A stretch of DNA of 64,000 nucleotides from Octopus vulgaris (lineage: Eukaryota). Positions 61,176 through 64,000 of the stretch are shown in pieces. The notes below the pieces were generated by a model that was not told the DNA's origin, did no database searches, and saw only the letters and a program-made list of their open reading frames with translations. How positions within the stretch are numbered: the first letter of the stretch is position 1; every line of letters begins with the position of its first letter. The position numbers and the translations under genes are program-made. The stretch covers positions 31,372,001-31,436,000 of the forward strand of contig OX597822.1 in NCBI GenBank assembly GCA_951406725.2, read 5' to 3'.

Positions 61176-62145
61176 GCTGTTGTTGTTGTTATTGAGTTTA
61201 GTTGTAGTAGTCATAGTTGCCGAAGCACCAGTAGTAGTTCTAGTTGTATTTTATTTTATGTTATTTTTATTAAAACTTTCATTCTAAATGAGACGTTTTG
61301 TCGGTTTTTGTCCCTCATGAAGTCTTCTTAGTAAATTCCTTTTTCTTTTTTTTTCTTTTTACAACTCGCTTTTTTTTTTTCTATTTTCTCTATCATGATA
61401 CATGATTTACTATTTTGACGGCTTCTCTTAACCTTTATTTTCTGTGTACGTAAAACGTAATTGATTTTAATTAAATTTACTCGCAGGAAAACATGTAACT
61501 TTCCGTTGCTGCAAGCCACTTAATGAAAGCCAAGTAGTCAGCAGTGCATTGTATTTATGTCGGCTATTGCTATGTAAATAAATAGAACCTTTGCCTCACA
61601 TACAAAGGTCAATGATTGGCCTGATCGGATATTTGAATTGTCTTCTTCATTATCGAGCTACCGACCACTATTTCACTTCAGCCCCAAATTTCAAATTATT
61701 TTCTGCAACATCATCCATTGTGTTTAATTTCCTTTTTGTTCATACCGCAGAACGTCTCTGGGGTTTATTTCTTTTATGCTACAAATCTTACAACGTGGTG
61801 CGGTTTGTGAAGCAAAGATACGTATTCAATAAAGCAATTAGAAGTTGTTGCCACAATCAATGTATTTAGCTTAATCAGGAATTCAGTTTCTCTACGTATG
61901 TGCAACGAAATTAATCCGATTTTCAATGAATTGATCTACTGTTTACAAATCCAAACTTCGTGCTGCTGCTTGTCCACCATCGTTCTCATACAATTTTTCT
62001 TGTAGCCATATATTGCCATTTATTCTTATTTCTTTTTAATAAGCAAATGAGGGACAACGCGTAGTTAATCCCTTTACCAGAAAAGTAAAGAATGCACTTG
62101 ACGTTACATCAAACGAGATACGTGGCTAGTTCGTGGTTTCAATAT

Positions 62146-62400
62146 CTATTTCTTTACTACCCACAAGGGGCTAAACACAAACAGGACAAACAAGGACAGT
62201 CAAACGGATTAAGTTGATTACATCGACCCCAGTGAATGTAATCCAATTATGTACCCCAAGTGGTACATAATTTATCGACCCCGAAAGGATGGAGAGCAAA
62301 GTCGACCTCGGCGGAATTTGAACTCAGAACGTAGCGGCAGACGAAATACGGCTACGCATTTCGCCCGGCGTGGTAATGTTTCTGCCAGCTCGCCGCCTTA
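62146..62400 (-). mobile_element. SINE family C, full length
   Basis: Reverse-complement match to the 13018 copy. Confidence 0.85.
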
Positions 62401-62997
62401 TCTTGAAAGTTACCACTTATCAACAACACCGGAGCATTGTAGTATGAGCTTAGTTAAAAGCTGTAATATCCATGGTAATTCATCTTTTAAGATATACATG
62501 TGAATTAAATGAGGGGGTTATTACACGCAAAATTTTGAGCCCATCTTATATTTACACATCACTCTAATCGCTCCTATAGTATACAGAGAATAAACATTGC
62601 TTTCAAATTTTGGCTCAACGATTTCGGGGTAAGTCGATTACTTTAAATCCCACTAAAGTCAGTATGTAAAGAGTTTGTCCGCTGCGCTAACGATTCTGCC
62701 AGCTCACTGACCTCAAAGAAAATAGATTTTGGCTTCTAATTTTTGCACAAAGCCAACAGCTTTGGGGGAGCAGGTAAGTCAATTACATCGACCTCAGTTC
62801 TGAACTGGTAATTAATTTATTGACACTGAAGGGACAAAAGTCAAAGTCGAACTCAGAACGTAAAGGTGGAAGTTACTCTACCAGCTCACCGCTCTCACAA
62901 GGAGTAATTATGAACTTTAGAAATAGAAAAATAAACTTGCTTTTTAAAAAAGGGAAAAGGACAAGCTCTAATATATTAAAAAAAGTTTCATTCATAT

Positions 62998-63419
62998 ACT
63001 CTTTTACTCTTTTACGTGTTTCAGTCATGTGATTGTGGCCATGCTGAAGCATCGCCTTTAGTCGAGCAAATCGACCCCAGGGATTATTCTTTGTAAGGTT
63101 AGTATTTTTCTATCGGTCTCTTTTGCCTAACCGCTAAGTTACGGGAACGTAAACGCACCGGCATTGGTTGTCAAGAGATATCGGGGGTACAGACATACAA
63201 ATACACACACACACACATACATTTATATATATATTTATATATATATGTATATATACGAAGGGCTTCTTTCAATTTCCGTCAACAAAATCCACTCACAAGG
63301 CTTTGGTCGGCCCGAGGCTATAGTAGAAGACGCTTGCCCGAGGTGCCACGCAGTGCGACTGAACCCGGAACCATGTGGCTGGTAAGCAAGCTACTTACCA
63401 CACAGTCACTCCAACGCCT
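62998..63419 (-). mobile_element. SINE family A, full length
   Basis: Head-to-tail match. Confidence 0.85.
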
Positions 63420-64000
63420 ATATGAGTTATGATACTGGAATAGCTGTTAAGCAGACTTGTAATTCTTGCACTTCGATATTGCCTTGTGATATATAATTCT
63501 AATTCATATTAGTTCTATGCCAAACGATCATAACTACTCGTAGATGACTGGTTATATTTCATTAGAGACATACAAAACATGGGTGATTGGAACTCATAGA
63601 AATGTCTTCAAATAGTGTATGACTCTTTAATTGCTTTATAACGGAGATAAAACTGGAGATTTTTCCATATAAGAGGTTTTAAATGTGTAACGATATATAA
63701 AATGTTACTTATTCGAATTTCCCAGATTTTTCGTTTGCATTAATCTACTCGAATATTTGTATGAAAGAGGGAAATTATTGTAGCAATATATAATGATAAA
63801 AACTGTAATCAGATGTCTCCTACGTATGTGTTTAACACCAAGGGAAATTTATAGAATTTGCGTGAAGCCCGCGATGTACATTTGACACTGAAGCATGAAA
63901 GGTAGGGTTGCAAAGCTAGATAGTAGATTTCGAATTGAAGCCTGTTTAAAAATGAGGAAGCATCGGCAGGGAAACAGAAAGATACTATTAAGTAATATAG

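Overview
AT-rich, microsatellite-saturated eukaryotic (metazoan) DNA. The SINE repertoire and (TA)n/(CA)n density suggest a coleoid cephalopod such as Octopus, which is an inference. Only one host protein-coding gene is supported: a minus-strand, two-coding-exon 5-HT2-type serotonin GPCR (27879-27462 joined to 10689-9566, 513 aa, about 16.8-kb intron). The rest is mobile DNA: a CR1/L2-group LINE with an intact 993-aa endonuclease-RT ORF2, RTE and second CR1 fragments, two mariner relics, three tRNA-type SINE families, and many short Penelope-like (PLE) termini sitting in (TA)n tracts. The most notable signal is a set of hammerhead-ribozyme (HHR) folds from several different PLE-like families, some with non-canonical cores (U3-A8, A6U, U4C). 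One has a canonical core and lies sense to the receptor pre-mRNA. Also notable: the most abundant SINE shares its 3' end motif and hairpin with the intact LINE (candidate LINE/SINE partners), and fold-back inversions recur at element ends next to (TA)n. Almost all ORF-track entries rich in YI/HT/CV are microsatellite artefacts.
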